DNA of 64,000 nucleotides from Octopus vulgaris (lineage: Eukaryota): positions 43,586,001-43,650,000 of the forward strand of contig OX597819.1 in the NCBI GenBank assembly GCA_951406725.2, given 5' to 3'. The position numbers and the translations under genes are program-made. Positions 27,720-42,502 of this stretch are shown here, piece by piece. Positions within the stretch are counted from its first letter, which is position 1. The number at the start of each line of letters is the position of its first letter. Below the pieces are notes generated by a model, which saw only the letters and a program-made list of their open reading frames with translations, did not search any database and was not told where the DNA came from.

Positions 27720-29335
27720 TTGTGAGATTGTATGTCGGCTGTTTGCGTGACAGTATGTCGGCTGTCTGTGTCAATGTATATCGACTGTCTGTGTTATGCA
27801 TGTCAGCTGTCTGTGTTATGTATGTCGCTGTCTGTAATATTGTATGTCGTAAGTTTATATCATGTACGTCGGCTGCCTGTGTGATTGTGTGTTGGCTGTC
27901 TGTGTCATTGTATATTGGCTGTCTACCTTGTGTATATTAGCTATCTGTGATATGCATTGGGCCATCTCGTAAATAAAGCGGTTTTTTCAGTTGCATTAAA
28001 TAAAAGTCGGAGTGGGTCGAGATAAACTACCTGCATCAACTTGCTATAAAATCAGGTAGTAATTTTACCTTGTACTTATTCTTAGTGCTAGTTTTGAAGT
28101 GTGCAGTTCGATTTTAACAGTTATTTTTTCAAAGCTATAAAGGAAGTGACAAAGGAGCACATTCGACATATTTTGCTTTATGAGTTCAATAAAGGCAACA
28201 ACGCAAAGGAAAGTGCAAGGAATATTAATGCAGTATATGGGGATGGGACAATAAGTGTGAGTTAGTGTCAACAGTGGTCCCAGAAATTCCAAGCCAGAAA
28301 CTACAGCCTAAAAGATCAGCTCATCTGAGAAGATCTGTAGAACACAATGAGGATGTCCTGTAAACCCTGGTAGAACGAAATCCCATCGTAACTGTTGAGG
28401 AACTAGCAGAGAAGCTTGGGTTTGATCATTCAACCATTCATCGACACCTGCGTGCCATCGGAAAAGTCAGCAAGTTGACTCAATGGATTCCTCACAAACT
28501 CTCCGAGTTTTATCGTGTGCAGAGAGTGAATGTGTGCTCTTTGCTGTCACGTCTCACGAATGAAACTTTTTTTGGATCGAATAGTGACTGGTAACAAGAA
28601 ATGGGTTTTCTATAAAAATGTTAAGCGCCGAAGACAGTGGGTAGGGAAAGGAGAAACACCAGCACCCCAGGCTAAAGAAAGTATTCACCCACGTAAGGTG
28701 TTGTTATCTGTTTGGTGGGATATGAAAGATTTAGTTCACTTTGAACTTTTGAACTGAAACCAAACGATAACAAAGGAGATCTACTGCGAGCAGCTTGAGC
28801 GGCTTAAGTCAGCGCTAGAAGACAAAAAACGACCATCTTTGGTTTCAAGACGAAAGATGTTCTTATATCAGGATAATGCTGGGCAACATGCAGTGAGGAT
28901 GACATTCCAAAGGCTGGAGCAGTTTGAATGGGAAACGATGCTCCACCCACCATATTCGCCTGACATTGCCCCATCTGATTATCATTTATTCCGCAGTCTT
29001 CAAAATCATTTGGACGGGAAAAATATGAGTTGTGTAGGCGAGGTCAGAACAGTACTGGAGGAGTATTTTTCGCCACGGACAAGGGAACTTTGGAAGTAGG
29101 GCCTTGCAAGTTTACCAGATAGATGGAAGAGCATTGTAGAAAATGAACGAGAGTATATTTTCGATTAAAAAAGTACTCTGTTTATTTTAATTTTGAAAAA
29201 TAAAAGAGGTATAAAAAAAAACGCATTATTTATGGGATGACCCAATATATCGGCGGTCTGTGCTACGTATGACGGCTGTCTGTGTGATTGTGTGTTGGCG
29301 GTCTGTTTAACTTATATGTCAGCTGGGAAGCTTGT
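27720..29335. repeat. degenerate ~22-24-bp minisatellite (tatgtcggctgtctgtgtgattg-like) split by a mariner
   Basis: Units at about 27720-27950 resume at about 29248-29335. Confidence 0.75.
27956..29246 (+). mobile_element. near full-length mariner transposon (D,D34D) with pseudogenised transposase at about 28140-29167
   Basis: TIRs attgggccatctcgtaaataaagcgg and cgcattatttatgggatgacccaat; motifs HIRHILLYEF, WIPHKL, IVTGNKKW (catalytic D mutated), QDNA...HPPYSPDIAPSDY with 34-residue spacing; stops and frameshifts present. Confidence 0.95.
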
Positions 29336-29912
29336 TAAACTGTATCATATTTCCGAGCATGGATATGATGTTGTCTTGTTTCTGAAGAGAATACCCAACA
29401 CAACAACATTCCTCATGATCCCTTTACATGGAATGTCTACTCCAGTGTTATTTCTGAAAGACTCGACAAATGAACGTATGTGTGGGTGTGAGAGAGAGGA
29501 AGAGATAGGGAGAAAGAGAGAGAGAGAGAGGGAGAGGGTATATGTTTGTAAAAATAGAAAAATATTTTGTGAGTATGTGCTGGACTTGTCACAGGAAATA
29601 TTAATGCAAGCAGAATGCTTTTTACTCATTTATTCATTTATTTTTACTTGTTCCACTCACTGGATTCAGCATATGTTGGAGAACATCGACCTGAGTTTTA
29701 TGTAATCGATTTGATCGATCTCCATATTTGTAGATTGATACATACTTTATCGTCTTCCCGGAAAGAGAAAAGAGAAGTTAACTCGGTTCTGAATCATAAT
29801 ACAAGCGAACGTATATAATATATACAGCGAAACATTTTGGTTGCTACTCTATTAATTTTATCAGCCAATACCACATGTGAGATGAGGCAATATTTATCCA
29901 TGATTGAAGCTC

Positions 29913-30129
29913 TATGAGGGGGTGCTAAAAAGTCCCCGGCTTTGGGTAAAAGAAAATACGGAAGGATTAGTTAAGTATGATTTTATTCAACATATTCCCC
30001 TCTCGGGTTCACATACGCATTGCAGCAGTTCTTTAGTTTTTCTAAGCTCTTTAAAGGAACTTGGAAGGTTTGACTTCCAAGTAGGTCTTTCGCGATACCC
30101 TAAAAGTCAGGAACATTTCAGCACCTCCG

Positions 30130-30133
<4 letters not shown>
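29913..30133. mobile_element. mariner-type MITE
   Basis: TA-flanked imperfect TIRs (tgagggggtgctaaaaagtcc and ggaacatttcagcacctccgcg); reverse-oriented copy at about 48225-48450. Confidence 0.75.
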
Positions 30134-30224
<91 letters not shown>

Positions 30225-30659
30225 ACAAACACAAACACCCACCCACACACACAAACACACACCCACACACACAAACACACACACACACGCACGCACACAC
30301 ACGCACACACACATATATAGATGTGTGTGTGTACGTTTGTATGTATTATGTGTTCTACATATCCATGTGTTTGTATGTTCATGTTTTTGTGTTTGTATGT
30401 GTGTGTGTGTGCGTGAAGTGTGCATGTGTTTATACGGTCATGTGTTTCAGTCTTAATTTGTGTATGTTTGTGTGTGTGTGTGTATGTGTGTGTGTGTGCT
30501 TGTCTGTCTGTATTACCTATGTACCTATCTGTCTACTTATCTATCTGTTTGCTTACATATCCATTCACCTACACACACAGACACACACACACGTCTACAT
30601 AACAGCCTACTAACAACTCTACCTGTGTATATATAAACTGTGGGTATTAATGTATGACT

Positions 30660-31690
30660 ACCTTCTACGTATATTTTTTATTTAGTAGTGGGAATGTTTC
30701 ATTTATGAGGACTTATTCCTGTATTTGTATGAGTGTTGGGTCCTGCGGGTGCTTGGATAAAATGTGGATGTCAAGCTGACCCAGTGTGTCGCCATGTTGG
30801 TTTTTGGCATGTTGGAGGACCGTTTTTGTCGTCATATTGTCTCAAATGTCTTTTAGTCTTTCCGCAATGCTTCTAGATGTTTCATCTATGTATATCATGT
30901 TCTTGTCTTTACCAGCACCCTCTATGCACCTTATGCTGTAGACTACATTTCTAGTTGTACAGTTAATGCCAAGGTTAATCTTACATACCATGCAGTTGTT
31001 ACTGGTGCATGTGGTATTCTCAAAGGGGTTACGTCCTACATAGTTGTGATATGATGAAGCTCCCTGGCTTTTAAAAGATATCAATGTTGAGTTTGGCCTC
31101 CGTCAGAGCTTTCCTAAATCTTCGCGCTAGTTCTCCATGGGCTGTGGCCTCTACAAACATCACTCCTTGATATTTCTCGGTCTTGTATCACGTGTTTACC
31201 CTGTTTGCTTTGTCACAAACTCTTTGTATCTTATTCCAGTCTTTACTTCTATATCTAGGGCAGGTATCATTGGTTTCATTACATGTATTGATATCTAACT
31301 TCTTTCTAGCCCCCCCTGTATTCCAGAACCCTATCTTTCTGATCATATGCAGAAAATTGCATGTGGTACCTGAGGTTCTGTACATGTTTCTTTGTTTCGA
31401 AGGGTTTGCATGGTGGGGACAGAGTGTTCATTATCCTGAGTCTGCTATCAGTATGTTGATTTACATGTTGTGTGACAAGGTTGAGTTCTTGTGAACGACA
31501 TATTTAGAAGCTATGGGTTTTATGTAATAGGAGTGGAGGAGCCGCACTCTGTTGTCCCCAGTTTCTAAACAAAGTTCTGTATCAAGGACAGGGAGTCTAT
31601 TGTTAGGGTTTCTATTGGGGTAATCTATAGTTACTTGGTGGATGGAGCTAGCTACGTGCTGGATGCTCTCCGCTATGCTCCTCGACAGAC
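30660..31690 (-). mobile_element. Penelope-like element fragment (RT C-terminal region plus GIY-YIG endonuclease), decayed
   Basis: TIDYP...RLPVLD...YYIKP in ORF 31461..31694; CTTRNVVYSIRC...IYIDETSRSIAERL in ORF 30842..31084. Confidence 0.88.
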
Positions 31691-32264
31691 ACACATGTAT
31701 ATGCTCCTATATACACACACATGTATGTGTGTGTGTGTGTGTGTGTGTATAACTGAGCTTTATCATTTGATCCCCTAATGGTAATATGCAGCTACTCTTT
31801 TGTTTTTACTGTTCTATTATCTCCACAGACTATCGTTAGTCTTTGTCTTCAGGAATTTTATTGATTGTATTTGGTTTGTTTTATTCGAGTTGGAACGAAC
31901 TTATTACCATGGTTATTATATGCCGTCTGTTGCTAGGATACAATCTCAACAAACAACATGGAAACAATATATTGCATTACATTCTCAACAGCTATAACAA
32001 ATACTACAACTCAAAATCTCTGAAGATCACTCATGCTGACCTCACACGCACATATACACATACATACATACATACATACATACATACATACATACATACA
32101 TACATACATACATACATACATACATACATACGTATATACGTACTTACGTACATACATCCGTACGTACGTACATACATACATACATACATACATACATACA
32201 TACATACATACATACATACATACATACATAAATACATACATACATACATAATACATACATACAT

Positions 32265-32897
<633 letters not shown>

Positions 32898-32937
32898 TAT
32901 ATATATATATATATATGTACACATGCACACACACACA

Positions 32938-33007
<70 letters not shown>

Positions 33008-33248
33008 TGAGGACGTTTAGCTGACTGTTTAGAATGCTGCACTCACAATTGCGAGATTGTGGTTCCAATTCCTATACCAGGCAGTGCGTTGTGTTGATGA
33101 GAAAACTTCATCTCGCGTAGCTCTGCGCTTACATCGACACCTGAAGTGTAGAACACAGTGCACCTGTTCAAGTGACGTCGATTTTGATGGAGTAAGATAA
33201 TGTGCATCACGGACGTTTGAGCACAATAAGCAAATTATCTGCGCAGGT

Positions 33249-33279
<31 letters not shown>

Positions 33280-33564
33280 GTGTGAGTGTGTGTGTGTGTG
33301 TAAATGGAACCAAAACGCAATAGAGGACAATAAAACATCCGGACAAACAGACGACACAAAGGCGGTCAGGTAAAACAATAAATAGGACAGGAAAAAAACA
33401 GGACGCGTCATTCGTGGCCTTCTTTCGTCAGTCAAGTTTCCAGATGGTCCTTACAGTTTCAGGCAGTTACACTTGAGACTGTTCGAATCTGGTTGCCCTC
33501 CATAAAAGACTAAGCTAAGAGCATTAGATATTTTGTAAGAAAGCAAGCGAATAGTTTACAACAA

Positions 33565-33566
<2 letters not shown>

Positions 33567-33633
<67 letters not shown>

Positions 33634-33658
33634 CTCTATCTATCTATCTATCTATCTA

Positions 33659-33710
<52 letters not shown>

Positions 33711-33719
33711 TATACACAC

Positions 33720-33760
<41 letters not shown>

Positions 33761-34421
33761 TATACATATATATATAAACTATAGATAAACAAAACACAAA
33801 ACAAACAACAGAAAACAGTAAGAAACGAACAACGCATTTATCTAATTTCACCAAAGCCTATAATAGGTGTATATGGGCATGGGTTAGGGTAGCTAGAATC
33901 CTGGATTCCTCAAAAAGGGCCTCAAACTATCTGCTTTGCTCCTTCCAGATATCTCATAATCTTGAATTTTAGAGAGGACTTTAAGCTCTTGTGACCCTAA
34001 AAGAAATTTTCTTCCGCTTCAAAATCTCTCTCTGCAAAAACCTCGAATTGTTAGGCGTACGTGAGATTTGAGAAAAGTTCGATTTCAGTTATTGCGTGTA
34101 GTGAAGATCTGACGCTTTTGGACTTGCTCTTCGATTCAATACGAGGATAAAGAGAGGGGAGGACAGAAAATGGTGTCATGTCGGTTGTAAGTTTAACTTT
34201 ACTGAATTTAACACAAAGAAAAACAAATAACGATTACTTGACAAATCTGTCCGCCTTGAAAAATTTCTTACGTCAACGATGACTTTGGGAAATCAATCAA
34301 CAAGCTACAATGAATTATATTTTACAGAATTTCATCGTATCTTTTACACGTGATATATATATATACATATATACATAATGCACATAAAACATACATACAT
34401 ATATATATGTGTGTCTGTGTC

Positions 34422-34498
<77 letters not shown>

Positions 34499-34605
34499 AT
34501 CTATATATGTATGTCTGTATGTATATATATATGCAAACGTCTATATATGTTCAAGTACGTGAATAAATTTATATAAATACACACATACATATACACACAC
34601 ATATA

Positions 34606-34651
<46 letters not shown>

Positions 34652-35399
34652 TATACATATATATGTTGGAATATATGTGTGTACGTGTATTATGTATGTA
34701 TGTATGTATGTATGTGCGTATGTATTAATATATGTATGTAAGTAATTATATTTATATCTAAATATCATGATTATTTTTCGATTACTGCTTTTTAAAAATT
34801 TTATTTATAATCGTCATTTTTCTTGTTTTTTTGTTTTGGTGCTGCTGTGTTCATGTAGTTGCAATGTTAAAGAACACGACGACAACAACAACAACAACAA
34901 CAACAACATCATTATCATCAGCAACAACAATAACAAAAACAACAACAGTTACAACAACAAGAATAATATAGTCCAAGAAAGGGAAATCTTGGTACATTTC
35001 TTAAGCTATAAATAATAACGATAATAATAATAATTATTTTTGTCGTTCTGTTATTGTTTTGTCATTATTATGTAAATGTTATATTTAAATTATTATGTCA
35101 TTATCATTTAAATCCTGAAAACCACGATATCATTATTATTATTGTTGTTGTTGTTTTTGTTGTCGTTGTTGTTGTTAGATTTCTTCTTCGTTTTCCTCTT
35201 CTTCTTTGTCTAGTTATTACGTTTGTTATTCTTGATGTCACTCTTGATGATATTTTTGTTATTGTGCTTTCGTATCGTTTATTGTGGTATCAAACGCTTA
35301 TAAACAGAGATACCAACCATGGGATCACACGCATTTATATACATATAAAAACCATTATAATGAATATGTATACATAATCATTTGTGTGTGTGTGTATAC

Positions 35400-35475
<76 letters not shown>

Positions 35476-35517
35476 ATATATGTATATATATATATATGTG
35501 TCTGTCTATGTGTGCAT

Positions 35518-35592
<75 letters not shown>

Positions 35593-35660
35593 ATAGAAAC
35601 ACAGAGATATGCATTTGTTTCTTTGTAGGTGCGAGTGTTGTGTGTGGGTGTGTATGAGTT
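33567..35660. repeat. microsatellite-dense region ((TA)n, (TCTA)n, (AAC)n, (TTG)n)
   Basis: Direct reading; unclassified degenerate sequence at about 33860-34350. Confidence 0.8.
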
Positions 35661-36954
35661 GGTGTATCTAAATCTATCTTTGTATATGTATGTATAAGAA
35701 TTGTCAAAGACACTGTTTTGCCTTATTTAATCTTCGCAGACAGTGGTTGCATCTTTACAATAGTCTCTTTTTTCGTGACAAAAATAAAACATTATTTATG
35801 TCAGTGAATTTTCGTAAAGATAACAAGGTTTTCTAAATAAATTACAGCCCTTAGGGTGAGGGATATGGTTTGATGATAATCTCTAAGTCTTCTCTCTAAG
35901 GCGTGATACAGTATGACATTAAAACTGTTATTGTTATAGTAATATAGCATCGTAGTATTAGTTGAGGTTGTGGCGGTGGTAGTAGAATTAGTGTTAGTAG
36001 TAATAGTATTATTGGTGTTAATATACGAGATCGGCGCATGTAGAAATTTCATGTCTTATAAGTATTTGTATATCTGTTTTGAGGCATAAATTTATAATGG
36101 TCTCATAATATTGTTTCATCATCATGTTACAGACCACTTATGTTTCCGATTTCATTCCCTTATTTCAAAGGCTAATTAATTAAAAGCATTTATTATATTG
36201 AAGTGCCAACGATAGATTCCTGTGGTGTAAAAATACATCACGCTATGGAAAAGTGTTTGTACAATGAGGGGAGAGAGAGAGAGTGAGAGAGAAAGAGAGG
36301 GAGACTTAAAGAAAGATTCAAGCGAATGCTATTTCTACTGGCATATGCACACATACACACAGTCGTGCATATCTGGATGTTATTGTTACACAAATGCTTA
36401 CACACTGTGTATGTATGTGCGAAAGAATGACGGGAATTTGTGTATATGTGCGCAGGCCAATAGCACTTGTATGTGTGTGGGTGTGCCCATGTGTATAAGA
36501 GTGTACGTGTCAGTAGCATTTGTTTGGCTTTCACTCTCTCTGTCACTATTTACCTGACAATGATCGTAAAGCACGACTGCAAGAATTGAATCGAAAGAAG
36601 CAGAGAAAATATAGTAAAAGACTGAGAAAGCGTACAGAGAGCAGATGAGAATTAGGAATAAAGAGAAGAAGATCATTAACGAGTAGAAGTATTAACTCAG
36701 GAAGAGAGGAATGAAATTAATACAAGAAATAGAGCTAGATGTTTTCGTATGATGAACAACAAAGCTGAAGCTAAATGGGTCAGAATGGGAACTGTTAATG
36801 AAGAAGGCAAAATATGAATGACGACGATGGGTAAAGATATTTTGTACAAACCAGAATAAGAAAACAGGCTAGAAGAGAAAAGATGGCCAAAGATAATTGA
36901 CAAGATTTTCCCTAGAAATTAATCCAAGGATAATAAAGAAAATGGCAAAATATT

Positions 36955-37341
36955 GGATGGAAGCACTCCGTCGGTTCCGACGACGAGGGTTCGGTTGATC
37001 CGAATCAACGGAACAGTCTGCTCGTGAAATTAACGTGTAAGTGGCTGAGCACTCCACAGACACGTGTACCCTTAACGTAGTTCTCGGGGATATTCAGCGT
37101 GACACAGAGAGTGACAAGGCCGGCCCTTTGAAATACAGGTACAACAGAAACAGGAAGTAAGAGTGAGAGAAAGTTGTAGTGAAAGAGTACAGCAGGGATC
37201 ACCACCATCCCCTGCCGGAGCCTCGTGGAGCTTTAGGTGTTTTCGCTCAATAAACACTCACAACGCCCGGTCTGGGAATCGAAACCGCGATCCTACGACC
37301 GCGAGTCCGCTGCCCTAACCACTGGGCCATTGCGCCTCCAC
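36955..37341 (-). mobile_element. full-length young tRNA-Arg(TCG)-like SINE with 11-bp TSD
   Basis: TSD ggcaaaatatt at 36944-36954 and 37342-37352; head gtggaggcgcaatggcccagtggttagggcagcggactcgcggtcg with B-box gtttcgattccc. Confidence 0.92.
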
Positions 37342-38099
37342 GGCAAAATATTATAACCGAGATGTCTATAGCTAACACTACACCACATTATAGATTGACG
37401 AATTTCCACGAGCACTGCTAGTAACATTTGAAATCGTTTCATCATCTTAACGGTTTCAGTTACTTGTGTTTCCTTCCATAGTTTCAAGGCTGTTAAAAGC
37501 GTAACATTTGGAAGTGCATTATTATTTTAACGAATTTGTTCCATAGTTTTAAGGTTGCTAACGTATCACTTTAAGGCCCTTAAAAACACAACCCTCGAAA
37601 ATATGTGGCAAGCAAAGTAATATTAGTTATGATCTGATGAAGCGTTGTAATATATTTTTGTTTGCTGGCCTTATTGTTGTTTAGCTCCAATCTGGTTGAT
37701 CGATCAAATTCCCACCCCCGCCTCAAGACGTTCCGCCCGAGACCGTCTCGTCTGCTTTTGAAGTATACGGGAAAACATTATCCAGTTTGCCTTGCATACG
37801 AGCATAGCTCTGAATGTTAAGGAATAATCCGTGGTTAAATAACAACGAAGACGATGACTATGACAACGAAGACGATGTGTGTGACGCGGCAAGTACGACC
37901 ACAACGAACAAGACGACGACGACGACGACCAACATATAATTCGTACCTGCAAGAAATAGCAGCCAAATATTCCAGAGTAAACCCAACTGCATTAAACATA
38001 GGAAAGACAGTCCGTTATGTAATTCTATGTACACCTTAGAGAAAAAAAACTCAGCCTCCTTCAAAAGACATGTATGTCCAATCTACGCCAACATCGTTT

Positions 38100-38830
38100 A
38101 ACTTTTCAGCCTCTTTGTCACTCTTCTTTTCTCGCTTCAATTATTCCTTACTTTCTTTCCTCATTTTTCTTTCTTTAATCTATCTGTTCCCTCTTTTATT
38201 CATCATTTTCCTGTTTTTTTCTTCCTATTTTAATTTCTTCATTTATTTCCCTCTTTCTTTCTTCTTTCGCTCCTTCCATTCCTTCTTTCCCTATACGTTT
38301 CATTCGGTTTATCTTTCTCGCATTCTATCGTTCACTCACACACACACTCACTCACTCACTCACTCACTCACTCAGTCATTCATTCTAATTTTCTTTCTTT
38401 CTGTCTTTCTTTCTTTTGTTTGTTTGTTTGTTTGTTTGTGTTTGTTTCTTTATTTCATTCTTTTCCTTTCTTTCTGTGTTTGTTTCTCACATTCTTTCTT
38501 TTTCTTCATTTTTCTTTCTTTCTTTCTTTCTTTCTTTCCTTCCTCCCTTCCTTCCTTCCTTCCTTCCTTCTTTTTTCTTTCTTTTGTTTGTTTTTTGTTT
38601 GTTTGCTTCTTTCTTTATTTCATTCTTTTCCTTTCTTTATGTCTTTGTTTTTCACATTCTTTTTCTTCATTTTTGTTTGTTTGTTTCCTTCCTTCCTCTT
38701 CCTTCCTTCTTTCTTTCTTCCTTTCTTTCTTTCTTTTCTCTTTTGTTTGTTTGTTTCTTCTCTTAAGTTTTCTTCCCTTCAAATGATGTACTTCTGTTTT
38801 TCAATTGATTTTTTCTTCTTCTTATTTACC
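38100..38830. repeat. pyrimidine-rich low-complexity tract ((TTTC)n, (TTTG)n, (TTCC)n)
   Basis: Direct reading. Confidence 0.9.
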
Positions 38831-39809
38831 AGCGTAATACAGTGGAACAGAAAGACAGGAACAATGCCAACACACGTGACTTCATGTCAAGAACATTTGG
38901 CGTATGACGTAGAATACTTGTATCCCATTGCTGTTGTTCCTCTAGTTGCTGCTGCTGTTGTTGATGATGTTGCTGCTGCTGCTGCTGCTGCTACTGTTGT
39001 CATCGTCACCGTCACCGTCGTCGTCGCTATTGTTTAGCATTATTCATTACTGATTTCTGAAGTTCTTTGATTCCATGAGTTCTTGTGGTTGTCATCGCGA
39101 TTTATTTCGTTCGAGACTGTTGTTGCTTTCTTGCCGTTTACTTTCAGATTAGCCCTTGTCCCCGAAGAACTTTCGTCGATGGCGTTCCAGCCGAGACCAT
39201 CCCATATTTTTTTGAGACATTGTGTAATCAGGACAACATTCGTGAAACGTTCACTCTTTTACTGCAGATACCAGATAGGTGATTTGAGGAATACTTGACT
39301 GCTATTTCTAGCTGGTCATGAAAGTACTTGTTATATTTTTAAGCGGTATGTTGTATTCGCAAATACAGCTTTACTTAATCAAATTTCATTTTGTAGTGAT
39401 GTATATGTGTTTTTGAGTTTATATGTGTGGTGGTGATTGTGGTGGTTGTGGTTGTGGTGGTGGTGGTGGTGTGTGTGGTGTGTGCGTGGGGTAAGGTGTG
39501 GGTTTTGGATGAGAGAGAAAGTGTAAGTGTAAAATGTGATAAATGTTAAGGAAATTACTATTTCTATTGACTATTTCCCTATCTAGGTATTTATGAATCT
39601 CTTTTATTTATTAAAATACACTCATCGACCAATATGTATGTATTTATGCTCTCTTCTGTTTTTAATTATATAAAATATTTAAATTCTTCCTCTGTAGAGG
39701 GAAGCAACCAGTTTCTAACAAAGATACAAAGCTCCATTATCGGGTGCAGTGATGAGAAAAACAATGCCACATTTAAGCATGAGAAAAGTCGTGCATATAT
39801 CTACATTTC

Positions 39810-40411
39810 CTATATTTTTATTGCCCACAAAGGGCTAAACACAGAGGGGACAAACAAGGACAGACAAAGGGATTAAGTCGATTATATCGACCTCAGTACG
39901 TAACTGGTACTTAATTTATCGACCCCGAAAGGATGAGAGGCAAAGTCGACCTCGGCGGAATTTGAACTCAGAACGTTATGGCAGACGAAATACCTATTTC
40001 TTTACTGCCCACAAGGGGCTAAACACAGAGGGGACAAACAAGGACAGACAAAGGGATTAAGTCGATTATATCGACCTTAGTACGTAACTGGTACTTAATT
40101 TATCGACCCCGAAAGGATGAGAGGCGAAGTCGACTTCGGCGGAATGTGAACTCAGAACGTTATGGCAGACGAAATACCTATTTCTTTACTGCCCACAAGG
40201 GGCTACACACAGTGGGGACGAACAAGGACAGACACACGGATTAAGTGGATTACATCGACCCCAATGCTTAACTTGTACTTATTTAATCGACCCTGAAAGG
40301 GTGAAAGGCAAAGTCGACCTCGGCGGAATTTGAACTCAGAACGTAGCGGCAGACGAAATACCGCTAAACATTTCGCCCGGCGTGCTAACGGTTCTGCCAG
40401 CTCGCCGCCTT
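39810..40411 (-). mobile_element. trimeric SINE: one tRNA head plus three tandem 184-bp body units, with 10-bp TSD
   Basis: tgcccacaa at 39822, 40006 and 40190; TSD tctacatttc at 39800-39809 and 40412-40421. Confidence 0.9.
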
Positions 40412-40634
40412 TCTACATTTCTAGTTACAGATTGTAATGTGCAAGTTAGTCGGCTGATTTCTTTTTCTGAAAACCCTAGCTTATTCAGATTGTCACTTAG
40501 GCATTCACTTACAAAACCATTTGCACCATTTACTATTAGTATAAATATGAATGTAATGTCTAATCTGGATATAGAAGCTGGAGGCTTCCAAGTAGTTGTC
40601 CATAGTTATCCTCTTTCTCTATGATTCTCTAAGA

Positions 40635-40935
40635 CAGTGCCTGTCAAACTATCTGATGTGGAGTACCGGCAGTTTTTTCTCCAATGTGCCATGGACCGGT
40701 AATATTTCTTAGAAATATTAATTTATACCGGAAACGATATATATATAATGAATATAATAAAAGTTGATAATTTTTTTATCTTAAATTTATTTTGTAAACA
40801 AATAATACAATATTACATAAGCATTTTATAAGCATATTATCATGTTTCTTTCTCTTCTGGAAACTCGCCGCGTACCGGTAGCTGATGTCTCGCGGACCGG
40901 CACCGGTCCGCGGAACATCACTTAGAGCAGCACTG
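40635..40935. mobile_element. hAT (Charlie-like) MITE
   Basis: cagtg...cactg ends; 8-bp TSD ctctaaga / ctctgaga; subterminal palindrome cgcggaccggcaccggtccgcg at 40891-40912. Confidence 0.85.
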
Positions 40936-41099
40936 CTCTGAGAGATATTCACATCAGTCGGATAGCTGACCTCTACGTCAGTACATACTTTTTTTTTTTA
41001 CGTCAGTCTGTCTGTCTCATTTTTTGCATATTCTTGGCATATGGCTTCAAACCATCCACAAAAAACGTAGTGTGTAATTTTAGTATTTCTGTTTAGTAT

Positions 41100-41395
41100 T
41101 TCAACCGATGAAATACTCTTCAGACTCCCTCAACATGAATGAAAAGGAGGTTATAGAGAGGCCGCCTCCTTGGAATAAAACCTCTGCGAAACTGTATTTT
41201 ATCAGGGATAATGCAAACATCCTTATAGCTAAGGTGGAAGCCCAGGATGAAGTCGGGTCAGCTATGGATTTGATTATGCTCTCTCGAACTTTGGCAAATC
41301 AAAGGGCTTCTGGCGCCCTACGAGAGAACAGAATCAAAGGTTTTCTTATAGTCCAGCTACATTGAAAATATGTTCCTCCTCTGCTGTCGCACCTC
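41100..41395 (-). mobile_element. non-LTR retrotransposon RT fragment, decayed
   Basis: Minus strand encodes [10 protein letters not shown] and a frameshifted RRG..QG motif (RT subdomains). Confidence 0.7.
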
Positions 41396-41497
41396 TGACA
41401 TCACAATTTTGTTTGTTAACAATTGCTCGGCACATTCCCAATATATATATATATATATACATATGTATTTATATATACATATATACATACATATGCA

Positions 41498-41552
<55 letters not shown>

Positions 41553-41611
41553 ACATATATACATGTATATGTATAACTATATATATATATATCTTTATAC
41601 AAATATATATG

Positions 41612-41679
<68 letters not shown>

Positions 41680-41688
41680 AGTGTGTTT

Positions 41689-41722
<34 letters not shown>

Positions 41723-41725
41723 ATC

Positions 41726-42419
41726 CAGGGTCTGGATAAAATAATGAAAACACCTAGCATCATAGCATCATAATTTTGAAATATCTATAAAAACGGGAAA
41801 AGCTCGTTTATTTTTATATTTTTTATATTTCTTATTCGTGTTGCTTAATATGTTTTGCTAAAATTGCTGTTTCTTTTCAGATATTATCAGAAAAAGGTAA
41901 TTAAAATTTATTAAAGTGATAGGTCTATCGGACTTTCAAAGAGGTCAAATTGTTGGTGCTCGTATGACAGGCGCTGGCATAACGAAAACTGCCGAAATGT
42001 TCGGTGTATCAAGAAGTACTGTCTGGGAACTTTTTCCAGAGGGAGACGCAATCTTTCAGGATGATAATGCACCAACTTACACAGCTAAAGTTGTTACTGA
42101 ATGGCACGAGGAACATTCTAGTGAAGTTGAACATTTTATTTGGCCATCACATTTTTCAGATCTCAATATTATTGAACATTTTTGGTGCATTTTAGAAAAA
42201 CAAGTAAGGATTTGATATCCTCCACCATCATCACATAAAACTGGAGACCGTTTTAGCCGAAGAATGGAGAAAAAATTCCATTGGAAACAATTCAAACTGT
42301 GTACGAGTCCATACCTCATAGAATTCAAGCTGTAACTACTGCCAAAGGCGGTCTTACTTCATATTAAAATAAGTTTGTTTGAAACTTTAAAGTGTTTCCA
42401 TTATTTTGTCCAACACCTG
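41726..42419 (+). mobile_element. internally deleted Tc1-like transposon with D36E spacing
   Basis: TIRs cagggtctggataaaataatgaaaacacc and agtgtttccattattttgtccaacacctg, with TA on the right; ORF 41916..42215 joins LSDFQRGQIVGAR...GVSRSTV to FQDDNAP...DLNIIEH. Confidence 0.92.

Positions 42420-42502
<83 letters not shown>

Noticed and set aside
31800-32040. Possible plus-strand exon after ctccacag or gtcttcag acceptors
   Set aside because: No recognisable protein similarity and no clear donor.
33400-33435. Hammerhead-like ctgacga on the minus strand (also at about 20294 on the plus strand)
   Set aside because: Helix II and GAAA are not intact; too degenerate to call.
37265-37341. tRNA-Arg-like sequence (also at 7860-7934, 8363-8435 and 63270-63335)
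   Set aside because: SINE heads: they continue into SINE bodies with TSDs and lack a proper acceptor stem.
39810-40411. Regularly spaced repeats resembling a CRISPR array
   Set aside because: The units are contiguous 184-bp SINE bodies with no unique spacers, in a eukaryotic context.
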